Below, piece by piece: positions 13,567 to 25,619 of a stretch of DNA of 64,000 nucleotides. Location of the stretch: contig NC_092674.1 of the NCBI RefSeq assembly GCF_964355755.1, forward strand, positions 11,780,001 through 11,844,000, read 5' to 3'. Position 1 is the first letter of the stretch, and each line of letters starts with the position of its first letter. Under the pieces are notes generated by a model. The model saw only the letters and a program-made list of their open reading frames with translations, searched no databases and was not told the DNA's origin. This stretch comes from Antedon mediterranea. Its lineage: Eukaryota; Animalia; Echinodermata. The position numbers and the translations under genes were made by a program.

Positions 13567-13638
13567 CGCCCCAACCGAGACTCGAACTCGGACCGCCTGC
13601 TTGATATGCAGATGTCCTAACCATTAGACCACTGGGGC
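13567..13638 (-). tRNA. tRNA-like cloverleaf, anticodon ATC (consensus copy)
   Basis: GCCCCAG TG GTCT AATGGTTA GGAC A TCTGC ATATCAA GCAGG CGGT CCGAG TTCGAGT CTCGG TTGGGGC G: all four stems pair, and a T5 terminator follows. Confidence 0.65.
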
Positions 13639-13719
13639 TTTCATGGTATTGTTCGAACTCGATTGGATAGCGACTCTTTAACATTCTTGGCGTGGTACGG
13701 CGGAACAGCACTAATACTG

Positions 13720-14538
13720 TATATATAAAAAAAATCAAGATCAAATAAGTTAAAACTGCCTCAATATAGATTTATTTTTACGACATGTTTCGGGCATAGC
13801 CCATCATCAGGTGAAAAGAATTGTAACCAAAGGATAACATATATAAGTCACAACATTACATAATAAAACAAATCAGCCAATCAAAGATGTTAACAAAAAA
13901 AGGCATAAAGGCACGCCTCCAAAAGCTATGGGGTACAAAGCAGGAATGGTTGCTTATATAGCAGGAAATTTAAAACAAAGACAAAAGCTTCAAGTGTAAA
14001 TAATTGTTAATATGTGAAAATTTCTGGCAAAATTAATGTTTAAAGGATCTAAATTGTACATTTATGCCGGTAGGGGCAAGAGTGCCAAGCCTTACAATTA
14101 TTCTTTCTTCTATAATTCTACGAGATGTCTCAGAACCATTATATACTTTAACACCAGAAATTGTAATATCCGAAAGGGAATGCTTATTATTACAAAAATG
14201 GGTGGCTACAGGTAATCCGGGAGTCTTTAGTTTAATAGACCTTAAATGTTCTACAAACCTATCACCTAACCTGCGTTTAGTTTCACCAATATAAAGCATA
14301 TTACATTTAGTACACGAAATACAATAAACTAGATTTCTAGTGGTGCACGTTATACGATCTGTGATAACATAATTACCAGAAGGTCCTACTATTTGGTTTG
14401 AACATGAAACGTAATTACATGTCGAACATCTATTTCTATTACATTTGAATGTTCTAGTTGATTCATTACCTTTGTTTTGTAATTTAGATTTAACTAAAGT
14501 GTCTTTAATGCATTAAAGACACTTTAGTTAAATCTAAA
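13720..14538 (-). mobile_element. 5'-truncated Neptune-type Penelope-like element (Cys linker, GIY-YIG endonuclease, 3' region with hammerhead)
   Basis: Reads TFKCNRNRCSTC, then NLVYCISCTKCNMLYIGETKRRLGDRFVEH...PVATHF...LGTLAPTGIN, and ends at TATATA. Confidence 0.88.
13776..13817 (-). ncRNA. Minimal type I hammerhead ribozyme
   Basis: The reverse complement is TTTTCAC-CTGATGA-TGGGCTATGCCC-GAAA-CATG-TC-GTAAAA, with palindromic helix III (ACATGT) and a GUC triplet. Confidence 0.8.
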
Positions 14539-14721
14539 GGACTAGGCGATCCACCACCCACCCATGCGAATCTCCGTTTCATGTGCATCCAACGTGATAT
14601 CAACAAATTGCTGTTCATTGTCAAGCCAAAGTAAAATATGTATACAATTCGTTTTCGAACTGCCTGATCGTGACAAATAAATTATCATCTAATACTATTA
14701 ATTTAATTCTGCTAAACTAAG

Positions 14722-15130
14722 AACTAAAGAAACTAACACATTTTAGCAGTATAAATTACGAACGATATACAAAACGGAAAAATATGGACACGTCACTTTG
14801 CGAATATATTCCTATGGACAATTTGCATTTTTTGGCTATAACTCTTGAAATCTATGGAGTATTTTCTAAAAAAATGCTTGTGCATTTGCAGAAAAGTATT
14901 TAGATTTTTTTTTATATAAAATTATTACCGTATAAACGGTTATTCATCGAGTAAATGACAATTTAAAATCGTCAATTCGACGGTTTTTTTCTGGCAATAC
15001 CAAAGTTAGCCTGGCAACGTTGTCCGGGAAACAGCGCCGTGTGCAATTATGCTTATCCATATTTTCCGTTCGTGTATTTTGTATATCGTTCGTAATTTAT
15101 ATTGCTAAAATGTGTTAGTTTCTTTAAATT
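14722..15130. mobile_element. MITE-like element with ~65-bp inverted ends
   Basis: aaagaaactaacacattttagcagtataaattacgaacgatatacaaaa is mirrored at 15075-15126. The TSD is not resolved. Confidence 0.6.
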
Positions 15131-17454
15131 ATTTAGTATAAGTGTCAACGCTTTGCGTATCTTTCCAGCAGGCTGTCGATGATTCACAAACTATCGGGCT
15201 CTCAATATATACACTATAACACGCTCTATACACTATACTCTTATTATATAACACCTAAATAAATTCCTGTCATTTGATTGGACGAATGTGTGGGTCACAT
15301 GGCGTGCAATAGTACGCACTATTAAACGATCATTTAATAGTACTTTTTAAAACATTTTTGTGTACGAAAAAAAAAAGGTTTCGCGGATAAAACAAATCTA
15401 GTATATATTTTTACTGTAAAATGCAACAGCGCCACCTCTCGTCGTCTCAGATTCGTTTGTAAACACAACCGCGAGATATGCAGCAGTAGATTTTTGTGTA
15501 CGATTTGGAGATATATATGTACTAATTTCATTCAAAAAGTCATTTAAATTAGCTTTAAATATCGTTTTTAGGATTTTTATTAATTAATGGGAATATCTCT
15601 ACAAGACGTGGAATCGTTGGAAAAAACATAATTAGCCGGGATTAATTCCAGTTGCCTGTCGAGTTTCAGCCTAGGCCTGTCAATATTAGGCTAGCTGGGC
15701 TTAGGCGTTTTAGCCTTGCTAGGCCTAGGATTGTTTGGTCGTTTGTTGACATAATTAACACTAACTGTAGGTGCATTTATAAAGTTCATATAAATAATAA
15801 TATCTAATATAATTATTAAAAACCAAATGTTACTGTTAATCCATGTGAAACAAGTGTAGGCTTTAGTTGATAAAAATTACCGGCGTTGCCTCGTTGATAT
15901 AACCTTTCATCATTCACCTAATGTCATTATTTGTACCATTACACTCATAAACATTCATTATTTGTATACTATACTATATACTATATTATACTATACACGC
16001 TCTCGATATCATGGTGTGTATAATTATGTGACGTCGTGAATATAGAGGCTCCCGGCGGCCGTTGAAATAGAATATTGCAATGGCGTGAGTAATTTTCGCT
16101 AACTAACCAAGGTATCTTAAAATTTCGTTTTTTTCTCAAAATACTATACATTTTGTTTTTATTTGTATGGGCTTGTGTTAATTTGATACATTTAAATAAC
16201 ATGTGTGAATTTCTTGAAAATCGAAAGTTCATTTCAGGTCCATTTTAAGGTGTATTCACAAATGAGTTAAGGGATTCACTTACCTAGGAAAACAGTTAAT
16301 TTAAGGGTAAAACTTAAGGGTAAAAATAATCATTAATATTCATGAGTTGTCCCATTGTCCAATCACAGAGGATTGAATTCCCCTATGGTCCAATATCCTT
16401 CCTCTCTAAACTAATTTGTATATTAAAAAAAAAGTAAGGAGTTGGGGACAGGGAGGATGGAGAGAAAACGGTGTGGACGATGATCAATAAAAAGAAAATG
16501 GCAGTCAAAAGAAAATGAATATTAGACCTAGAATAGTAATCAAGAAAAATAGGTCTAGCCTAAATACTACTAACAAACCAACATTCTGTGTAAGCCTAAA
16601 CCTGTCTGTATTGAGGCATAAGCATCCTAGGCTGATTACTGGTCAGACCAACAGGGGGCCTAGCATCTCTACCTAGCCTACTAGAATTTCTATTACTACG
16701 AAATGGGAAGCCATCTTCCACGAAAATAATGGCAGTCAAAACAAAAACAAATAAATGAATATAGGCCTAGACTAGTTTGTATGGTGTGGATCAGTAAAAA
16801 AGGTCTAGATGCCACTCAAACCAAACATGAATCCTAGGCTGGTTAGTGGGCAGACCATCAAGGGACATAGCATCTCTACCTAGCCTAGACTGGGGCTATC
16901 TAAAAGTAGGCATAGTACTCGTACATACAGAATCGTCAACACAACCAATGTACTGAATAGTAAGGGAACTTTTAAGGTACCTCTGAGGTCCCTTAAAAGT
17001 TAAGGGAAAATAGACCAAGTTAAGGGTTTCCCTTAACCTTAAACCCTTTTGGATACCACTTAAGTGAAACCTTTAATATTTTCTTGATTTAAGGAAAATT
17101 TCTCACTTAAGTGTGATTGGTGTAGGCCTATTAGGCCACTGGGTCTGGAGTACTCCTGCCCTGGGGGTATGATTTTCTTGTTGGACTGGTTTACCCCTAC
17201 TTCTACTGACCTTCACTAATTATTATTACAATAACAGGAAATTAAACAATAGGAATTATGAAATATTCCCCGGGAACATAACAGTCTCTCTACTCTGAAG
17301 TACCCCTTTTACTACTCTGGCTTCAGCGTATCGGGTAACATTCCATTTGTAGATTAACGTTATTGGGTTACTGTTTGATCATAATTGTATCTTATGTCAT
17401 GTAGGTTTATAAATTATCACTAGCTTTAATTTGACATGATTCGAAATAAGGATT

Positions 17455-18607
17455 TTAAAAGAAAGGGTCAAAATCTTTTTCGTCAATTTGTTCCGTCGCT
17501 TTGTCTCCTCCTTGGCGTAAAAACACTTTTTTGAACATCCCATTTTTCCGCATACCTAAAAGCTCGCAATCTAAGGACGCCCCCTTTGCTTGGTTATGAA
17601 ACACTTTATTATTTCTAATATGTGTTTTAACCTCACAAACGTCATTCACCTGTTGCCTCAACTTTCTAAAAAAAACTAAGTCTGATTCAAAGGTTGATCC
17701 ATATCTTTGTACTTTTTTCCAAAGTGTTTGATTAAAATACGAGTAAAGCATTCTATCTGCAAAATTCCACGCTCGTATCTTCTCTTGTAATTTGTCAGGT
17801 AATGCTGTTACGTTTTCACGTCTATTTTTAGCTATATATAGTATATCATTCCAAGACCAACACAGCTCTTTCCTTAGGACAACAAGCGATTCATCAATGT
17901 GTTCTAAAACTATAACCATTTCAAACTCGTTGTTCAACAGATCAAGATATCTTTCCACTAGCTGTGTGTCCCCGTGATATGTATGATCTAATCCGAGATC
18001 AAACAGTTGATTGTTTCTTGCATAATACCAAGCTCTTCCAGAATTCCCTCGCCAATTGACTTTCCTCAGGTTTTCCCAATAGTGGTCAGGATATTGTAAA
18101 AACCTTTTAATGTTTTCATAGTCTGATTCAGTTTTATTTCTTATTAATGCTCTCTTTAATTGGAATTGGTCAAACGCAGACTCGAATTGCCCGGCTGGTT
18201 CCCGAATTATTGTTATGTATTTTGTATCAGGGTTCATGAATGAAATGAGTCCTGTTCTGATATAGCGGAGGTGAACAGATGTCAAGTTATACTTATAATT
18301 ATCGTAGTCACCTTCTTCAACTCCTAATGGGGGGAGAAAACTATGACGAGGAGTATCTTTGTTTAAAACCGTAAAAGAACCTATATGGCCATTAGTAGTT
18401 TTATTTTTGTTGAACGCAAATGATAAGTTGTTGCGAAATCCAAATATATTCATGATGTGTCCGATGGTCGTACTACCAGTCTTGTGCGTCTTTATGTAAC
18501 AAATATTTTTCTTCTTTGGTACACAGCTTGAAACATTGCCAAATGTTCTCCAAAAATCTATTTTGTTACTTTGTAGATTTGTATGATATTCGCCTAATGG
18601 TCTATCC
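17455..18607 (-). CDS. GAL3ST: Galactose-3-O-sulfotransferase (GAL3ST / cerebroside sulfotransferase family), large terminal catalytic exon
   Basis: PAPS-binding KTHKTGSTT, plus IIREP, ARNNQLFDLG, DESLVVLRKELCW and WNFADRMLYSYFNQT. A splice acceptor ttatttatattacag ends at 18608. The upstream TM exon was not located. Confidence 0.9.
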
Positions 18608-18729
18608 CTGTAATATAAATAATACATTATCATTGTTCTTTTACACTTCAGTGAACGTGCACGAAGTTCACACCAACATGGGTCGTAGTTGACGGTCTCG
18701 TGGACAGTGAACGTACGACGTAATGACCT

Positions 18730-19540
18730 TAGGACCAGAGGCTTATCAAACTTGCTTAGCAAAAAAATCGTCTTAACTTTGACTTAAATCCCTGATTTTG
18801 CCTTAAGTTAGATTTATAAATATATCTAAGTAAAAATATTTGATTAATTTTGTCTTAAATCTAAAGCGAACAACACCCTGCCTTAAAATGAAAAATTTCG
18901 TCTTATCTCATCTCTGCAACAGAAACATTCTTTTTTGACAACGTGAGCGCGCTAGGCCAGAACATTGAACATTCGGAAAGGCTGCGTTTTCCGCTGTACT
19001 ACGGATGCTAAAATAATGATATCAATCTTCGGTAAGATGGCTAGAAATTGGACGAGCAAAACTAATATTTTCGGGATAGGGTACGACCCATTTGACTAAC
19101 TTTTACAAAACTGTATCGGCTGCCAAGGGTCGCTGTCATTGATAAAAATAAATAAAAGTTGATTTGATTTAAGTTTAGAGCGAATGATTTTCGTATGTAT
19201 TTCCGACTGTTTTTCGTATGTATTTCCGACTGTTGTGATCTTTCTCTATTTCAAGTAATAAAAACAATAGTAGCCAGTACCCTCTCTTGTTGGGAGTGAA
19301 AATACAAAGATATAATGTTATAGCGCCGCCATCGCTAAGAGAAAAAAGCTAATGCGCACGCGTAAGCAAGGATTTTTTGTCTTATGACATAATTTGCTGC
19401 CCTCTAGAGTTAATTTTGCGCATGTGCAAAGTAAAATTTACCTAAGACAATTTTTCTGCTAAGACGGTTTGATAAATAAGATTAAATTTTTCAGCTTAGG
19501 CAAAAATATAAGCAAATATTGATAAATGCCAACACTGACC
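18730..19540. mobile_element. Probable MITE with imperfect inverted ends, in the GAL3ST intron
   Basis: ttatcaaac..gcttagcaaaaaaatcgtctta at 18744 is mirrored by taagacaattttt..ctgctaagacggtttgataa at about 19443-19475. Ends are approximate. Confidence 0.45.
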
Positions 19541-21167
19541 TTGTAATATGTATTAACGCTCCTGAAGCTATGCCATCGCTGGGCCGGTGGTATTAAACGG
19601 GTTTAGGCCAGGCTATGTGTGCGGCTTAGGCTCAGCCTAGCTCTTTCTGTACGAAAAGGCTGTCCTAAGCATATTATTAACGCTAATTTAATGGCAGAAC
19701 TACTAATGTGTTTTTTTCCCTAAAATTTTTCTTCATATTTTACAGTCCTACTTTCCTACTTTTTTAAAGTATTTATTGTCCACCATCATTTCAAAATATA
19801 TGTTTACTCTCTAATCAAAACAATTTCAATAAAACGAAAATTCACCTTATTCGGCTGTAGAATTTCCCATTTTTGACAAAATCACTTTTTTTATAACTGG
19901 TTACTTCATTGATGTACACCAACATAACAAATATAACCAACATACAAAACATCAATGTTATCTGAAAGATAATTGGTCATTTAGTTTCGATAGTTATACA
20001 GATAGATGATTTACTCTTGTTCTTGATCATCAGATATCATTATCAATGATGTTTTAACCCAAAAATAAGTAGTTAACAGTAGAAATTTAATTTTTTTTTA
20101 ACATGGATATACCCAGTGGGTCGTACATTACATGATTCAATCACTTTTATGTTGGTTCGGTGGGTTTGCTATGTTTTTCTGGAGGTTTGCAAGGGTTTGC
20201 GGGGTTTAGCAATACCCTGTTTTCCGCCAAATTGGATGCCATATTGGATTCTGGCATGATGATGTCATTGTTATCGACTCGATTTATCAACTACTATGAG
20301 AAGTAGTTATTAAAGTAAGCCTCAGCAAATTTTAATCATCATAACACAACTCAAAGTTAAAAAAAACGTGAATTGGTTTTCCCTATCCCCTATATATAGG
20401 TATTTGTGTGTGTTAATAGGCATTTGTGTGTGTTATATAGGCCAAAATTTAAAAGTGCCGTAACAAATTTTCCCGAAGACCCTGGGATGGAGATTTTTTT
20501 TTCTGACAATCTATATGGTATACTCTATCAGAAAAAAAAGAAAACAATTTTCCTATACTTTTTTCCCGCAAAATTTGTACTGCACCGAGGCTATCAGGGC
20601 TAAAAAACAAATTCATTCGGGTTGCTTCATCGTTCTATAACCATATATTTTTGTAATCATAAAAATTCAACTGAAATTGTTCATGTTTTTTTAAAATTTA
20701 TTTTTATGTATTATTGAATTAAATGTACCAGTGATAAACAGCCACATTTTGTTATATTTGTAATAATAGCTTATATAAACAAGTGAACGTGATTGGAAAT
20801 GACGTCACATGACTACCTTTTTGATGACTGATTTATTGAGTAGTTAATTACCTGTATATGTTGTGTCACCCTCGTTAGACATATACAATAAAGTGAGTCC
20901 TCGAAAATAGTTATGGTGACTAATTTCTGTGTCATTAATTTAAAGATCTTCAAGCATGAAGATGTTAAAATCTCTCGACGCGACAAAGACGAATTAGGCC
21001 TAGTAAAACATGCCTCTAATATTATAAATATAGTCGAGAAAAATATTTCTTTGGAGACTGAGTTCAAATGTTATAATTGATTTCTAAGCAGGCAATATTT
21101 ATATAAGAGCCTTAACTTTACCTGTGTGCTTTTTCAGTGACAATTTATAGGCCTACAATCAGTGCTC

Positions 21168-23942
21168 GGGTGTATAGAAAGCGATGACCTCGAATTGGAC
21201 GACCCCAACGACCCGGGCGACCTCGAATTGGACGACCTAGAATTGGACAACACAAAACCGACGACCCCTATAGCCTAGCCTAGCCTAGGCCTAAGTGTGG
21301 TATAACATCCCGAAGCCGAACATAGCCAAATATCTTTAAACCATACCTTATATAATACTCGCAAGCAAGCAATTGATTGAAAAAATACAGAAAGATTAGT
21401 ACACGAAATATCATAAACATGGCAAACCAGGTCGTGTGCTAATCGAGTCGAATGCAGTTTTAATGATGCACTCTTGGCGTTCCATATCTGTTCGTTTGTT
21501 CGTGTTGACACAATCAGTATCAAATGGCGATACAGTATTACTGTATTTTTTCAATCAATTGCTTGAATTTCATTTCATAATAACATTTATTAAAATAGAA
21601 GCTTTTGCTTTTTAGAAATTGTGCCTTCTTCATAATATTGTTTTATTCATTTTAAAGATGAGAAATTTTTTTTATTGTTTTAACTATCTTTCTTCTCGTT
21701 ATGAATTTTGTATTAAATTATTTATTTAAATTTTACCGTTTATTACTGATACGTCATTCTGTGATTTTGAGACGTTTTAGTGGGGATCCCCTATATAACG
21801 TAATATTGACTTAATATTGAGACGTTTTAGTGGGGGTCTCTGTTTTCTAGAAAAACTTGACAATTCTGTTTAGTGCTGCCGTATTACATAGGTAGCGTAA
21901 GCGTTGCACTCCTCGTGTATATAACGGAGAATAATACATTAGGTATGCAACCGGGTATGCAAAGGTCTAATTTGACATCCAAGGCTTTAATTTTGTGTTT
22001 TTATTACTTTGCGTAGTAATTGGAAAATGTTTATTATATAAAAGTTTTAATTTAGTTTCAAAAGTATTATAAGCTTGATTAGGTTCTTGCAATAAGTTCA
22101 CAATCGTTCCATGTTATTACGCTAAGCTCTCGTTTAAATTGTTCGATGTTATTTTCATTAATTTTCCTAAAAGGTTTGTTTGGACGTCTACTGACTGCTT
22201 GAGTATTGTTGTATGTTAAGGTAGATATAGAAAAAACAGGTAGGTGATCGGAAATATCGCAATAGAGCTGACCACTAGCGAGGTGTAAATCAGGCTGGTT
22301 GGTCAATAAGTTATCAATAAGAGTAGCACTATTTGATGTTATCCTAGTAGGTCTAAGTATTAGCGGTAAATAAAAGTTACTAAATAGTTGTGGTTTCATA
22401 AGTATATTGCAAACTATCTATATTGCAATCACCCAACAGATATACAAGCTTATTTTCAGTTGAAAGAGTATGAAGTAGATTATCTAGGATATCATTGAAT
22501 GCATTGATATTCAAAGACGGAGCACGATAGATTGTTCCCACGATGATATTTTTCCCATGTATCTGTTCTATTTCAATAAATATCGATTCACATATTGATT
22601 CATCAGTTGTTAAATCATTACGGACAGTAACTGATACATTGTTTCGTACATATTGGGCTACACCACCACCCGCCTTAGATTTCCTATTTCTAGAAAAAAT
22701 ATTATAACCCGGCATATCTGTTAGGGGATTATTGTCATACTGTAGCCAAGATTCATTAATAGCAATAACATCAAAGTCAAATTCAAGAGTAAGAAGAAAC
22801 GTTTTAAAGAATCCATCTTGCCTATGAGACTACGTGTATTAAAATGGATAGTAGACAAAATATTTTTATCATTGTTATGCTTAGAGAAATTCTCTGAGAA
22901 TGTTTCTGGATCAAAATAATTAGATTCATTTAAACTATCATAAAATACATGTTCTCGTATGCCACAAAAGGGTTAAATTTTGCATCAGTTGTAGGGTTGG
23001 ATTGACACATTAATCAAAGATAATTTAAACATTAGGTAAAAGTTAACAATAATATAATAAAATAAAAAAACTAAATATAACAATAATGAAACTTAAAACA
23101 ATTCTGTTTAGTGCTGCCGTATTACATATGTAGCGTAAGCGTTGCACTCCTCGTGTATAAAACGGAGAATAATACATTAGGTATGCAACCGGGTATGCAA
23201 AGGTCTAATTTGCAAAATGGTACGTAGCGGACATGCTTGGAATTTAAACAAGCAAAGCCAGGTTAAATATACTGACATTACAAAATGAAAGAAGGCAGAG
23301 AAAAAGAAACCAGTCATATCTCAGTTCCTCAAAACACCGTAAAAGTTACTTGAAAATATAGGGAGTCCCAGTAGAAGTTCGCCATTTACCAGCAGAGAAT
23401 GTAAGTGTAGTTCCATTGTCGTATAAAGATTTAACTTGAAATTTCCATTTCTTCTTTTCTTTATAATCCACTAAGGTCAGATCATATATCACGTAAAACT
23501 GTTTATCTTGTAAGGCAATATTCTTCTGTTTCACGACTGGAACTTTAGAGTTAAATCCAATAGCTTGGTTCAAATCCTCTTTAATTTTGGTCTGCCCATC
23601 TAATAATGATTTTAGGGAAGCATGTACACCATTGTTAAAGTTCACAGGGTTGGAACAAGCACTTTCAAAATCGGCTGGGCGAGAGCGAGTCTTGGGTTTG
23701 GTGGCCATGATGCATACACGCCGTCATTGTTCAATTGCTTGCGAGTATTATATAAGGTATGGTATAAAGGTCTTTGGCTATGTTCGGCTTCGGGATGTTA
23801 TACCATACATAGGCCTAGGCTAGGCTAGGCTATAGGGGTCGTCGGTTTCGTGTTATGGGTTGTCCAATTCTAGTTCGTCCAATTCGAGGTCGCCCGGGTT
23901 GTTGGGGTCGTCCAATTCGAGGTCATCGCTTTCTACACACCC
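21168..23942. mobile_element. Mutator-like (MULE) non-autonomous element with ~210-bp TIRs and a 10-bp TSD, containing LINE fragments
   Basis: ATCAGTGCTC|GGGTGTATAGAAAGCGATGACC ... GGTCATCGCTTTCTACACACCC|ATCAGTGCTC. Confidence 0.85.
21975..23708 (-). pseudogene. CR1/L2-group LINE 5' fragment (probable ORF1 remnant and APE endonuclease)
   Basis: APE motifs GGGVA, GTIYRAP, LLGDCNID, PTRITSNSATLIDN and ISDHLP, split by frameshifts. An upstream short ORF (23346..23708) resembles an internally deleted ORF1. Confidence 0.82.
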
Positions 23943-23960
23943 ATCAGTGCTCTGTCATCT

Positions 23961-24082
23961 AAACAAGGCCAACATCCATAAGTCGCGTGCTAAAACGCAT
24001 AGTGATACCGGACCGACAGACAGACCGACAGACTGACAGACCGACATAGTGAACTATTGAGTCGCGTCCACGCGACTAAAAA
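23961..24082 (-). mobile_element. Short DINE-1/HINE-like element
   Basis: aacaaggcc...(GACA/GACC)n...gtcgcgtccacgcgactaaaaa; an internally deleted version of 52477-53307. Confidence 0.65.
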
Positions 24083-25619
24083 TTACGTTAGGGCGTACAT
24101 CTGAACAATCAGAACCTATATAGTATTGATTTGTTTTATCCTCCACTCGCATTCATGTGTCGGGCACATAAGTTATAGATGCATTGTAAAAAACTGTGAT
24201 TTTTCCAAAAAAATTACAAGATTTCCTTGCTCTCTAAGTATTTAATAACTTTTCAAGATCTGTTAACTTTTTAGCTCAGTTTAATTATTTTTGCATAATT
24301 CCTAAATAATATGTTTTGGAACAGAGCCAGTTAAATTTATATACGGTTTATTCTTTTTTGTTATCTATCTTTTACCAATTCCCATTGTATTTGCCTTGTT
24401 CTTATTTTAACAATGAATAGACCTCTTTGTGATTTTTTTTTCATTTACTTTATCATTCTGCACTTTTATCTTTTATATTTTATAATTTTTCTTGTTTTAT
24501 ACCACATTTTATTTCGAGATGTTAACCATACATTTAATGACACATTTTATGTGTTGTAATAAAACTTTATTATTTGGTAATGTAATTAAAATTAAATTAA
24601 GAAACAGGCAGATTGCCTTTCTAAAAACAAGTTACAAAATATATTATGTTTTCTTCAGCAAAATGGCCTTTGATATATCCATTTTAATCTCCATTTATAA
24701 CACATTAAATTTTATTGTATATTTGTACTAAGATTTTATCAGCTGTGATTAGTAAATAAATAGTTTGTAGTTCCTTTTGTATTGCTCATGTCGTTATTTA
24801 AATAACCTTCATTTAAATACATCACAGATTAAATATTTGAGCTCTCCCAAAAACATTTGTAAAACCAAACTCAACCCTATCCGGAGGCTTTATTTTTTAT
24901 TTATTTATATTTCAAATTTTATCCCAACTTTATGGTAAAACCTGTTTAACATTGTGGTCATGTCTTGAATACAAACAAATGTAACAGTTTTATGAAATAG
25001 TACCTTAGGGTATTGTTAAATTTTTCAGCTTAATCACCATGAAAAATTATAAATGACTGCCTAAACTTCCTTGCATTCAATGTTAAACTAAAAAAAGCTT
25101 AATAAGTTAACATGGAAATGGATGATGTAAAATAATAATAATAATAATACTATCCTAGATTTATAAAGCGCATAATGTCGTGAAACCTCTAAACGCTGTA
25201 CATATTATTCCCCAGTCACATTGGATAAAACACAAACGTATGAAAGCATATTCCCATAATGGGTCATATTCTTTTAACTAACTGGAAACAATGTTGTAAT
25301 AAATAAATTATGAATATGGACTCTGCCGACTTGTATGATGAAGATGTAAGAAAAAAAAAACATTCCCTAAGGCGTATATTAATTGTAAATCAGGACACTT
25401 CCTGGAAAGATATTAGAAATTAATATCTTGCCAGCGATTAGTTTGAAATTCAGCGCTATCTCAAATAAATTATCTCTCAATATCAAAGTTCCAAAATGCA
25501 CGTGCCCATGTACCGTAATAAATGATCCGAATATCGAATTCATTTCTTGTTATATGTAAATGTCTGAATGTTATCCGAGCCAAAAAGTGTTGTAGTCTCT
25601 TTTTATTTCTGGTGATGTA

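Larger units (their letters stand above)
12348..13712 (-). repeat. Tandem array of a 365-bp tRNA-containing unit (about 3.7 copies)
   Basis: The tRNA-like cores start at 12472, 12837, 13202 and 13567, a period of exactly 365. Units are separated by TATATATA. Confidence 0.95.

Noticed and set aside
18608-18762. N-terminal 51 aa of the 435-aa ORF
   Set aside because: It starts at TTG inside a repeat and runs through a splice acceptor, so it is probably intronic.
20813-21067. Possible upstream exon of GAL3ST (donor-like tacag|gtaatt near 20851)
   Set aside because: No open frame gives both a convincing signal anchor and the required phase-2 junction.
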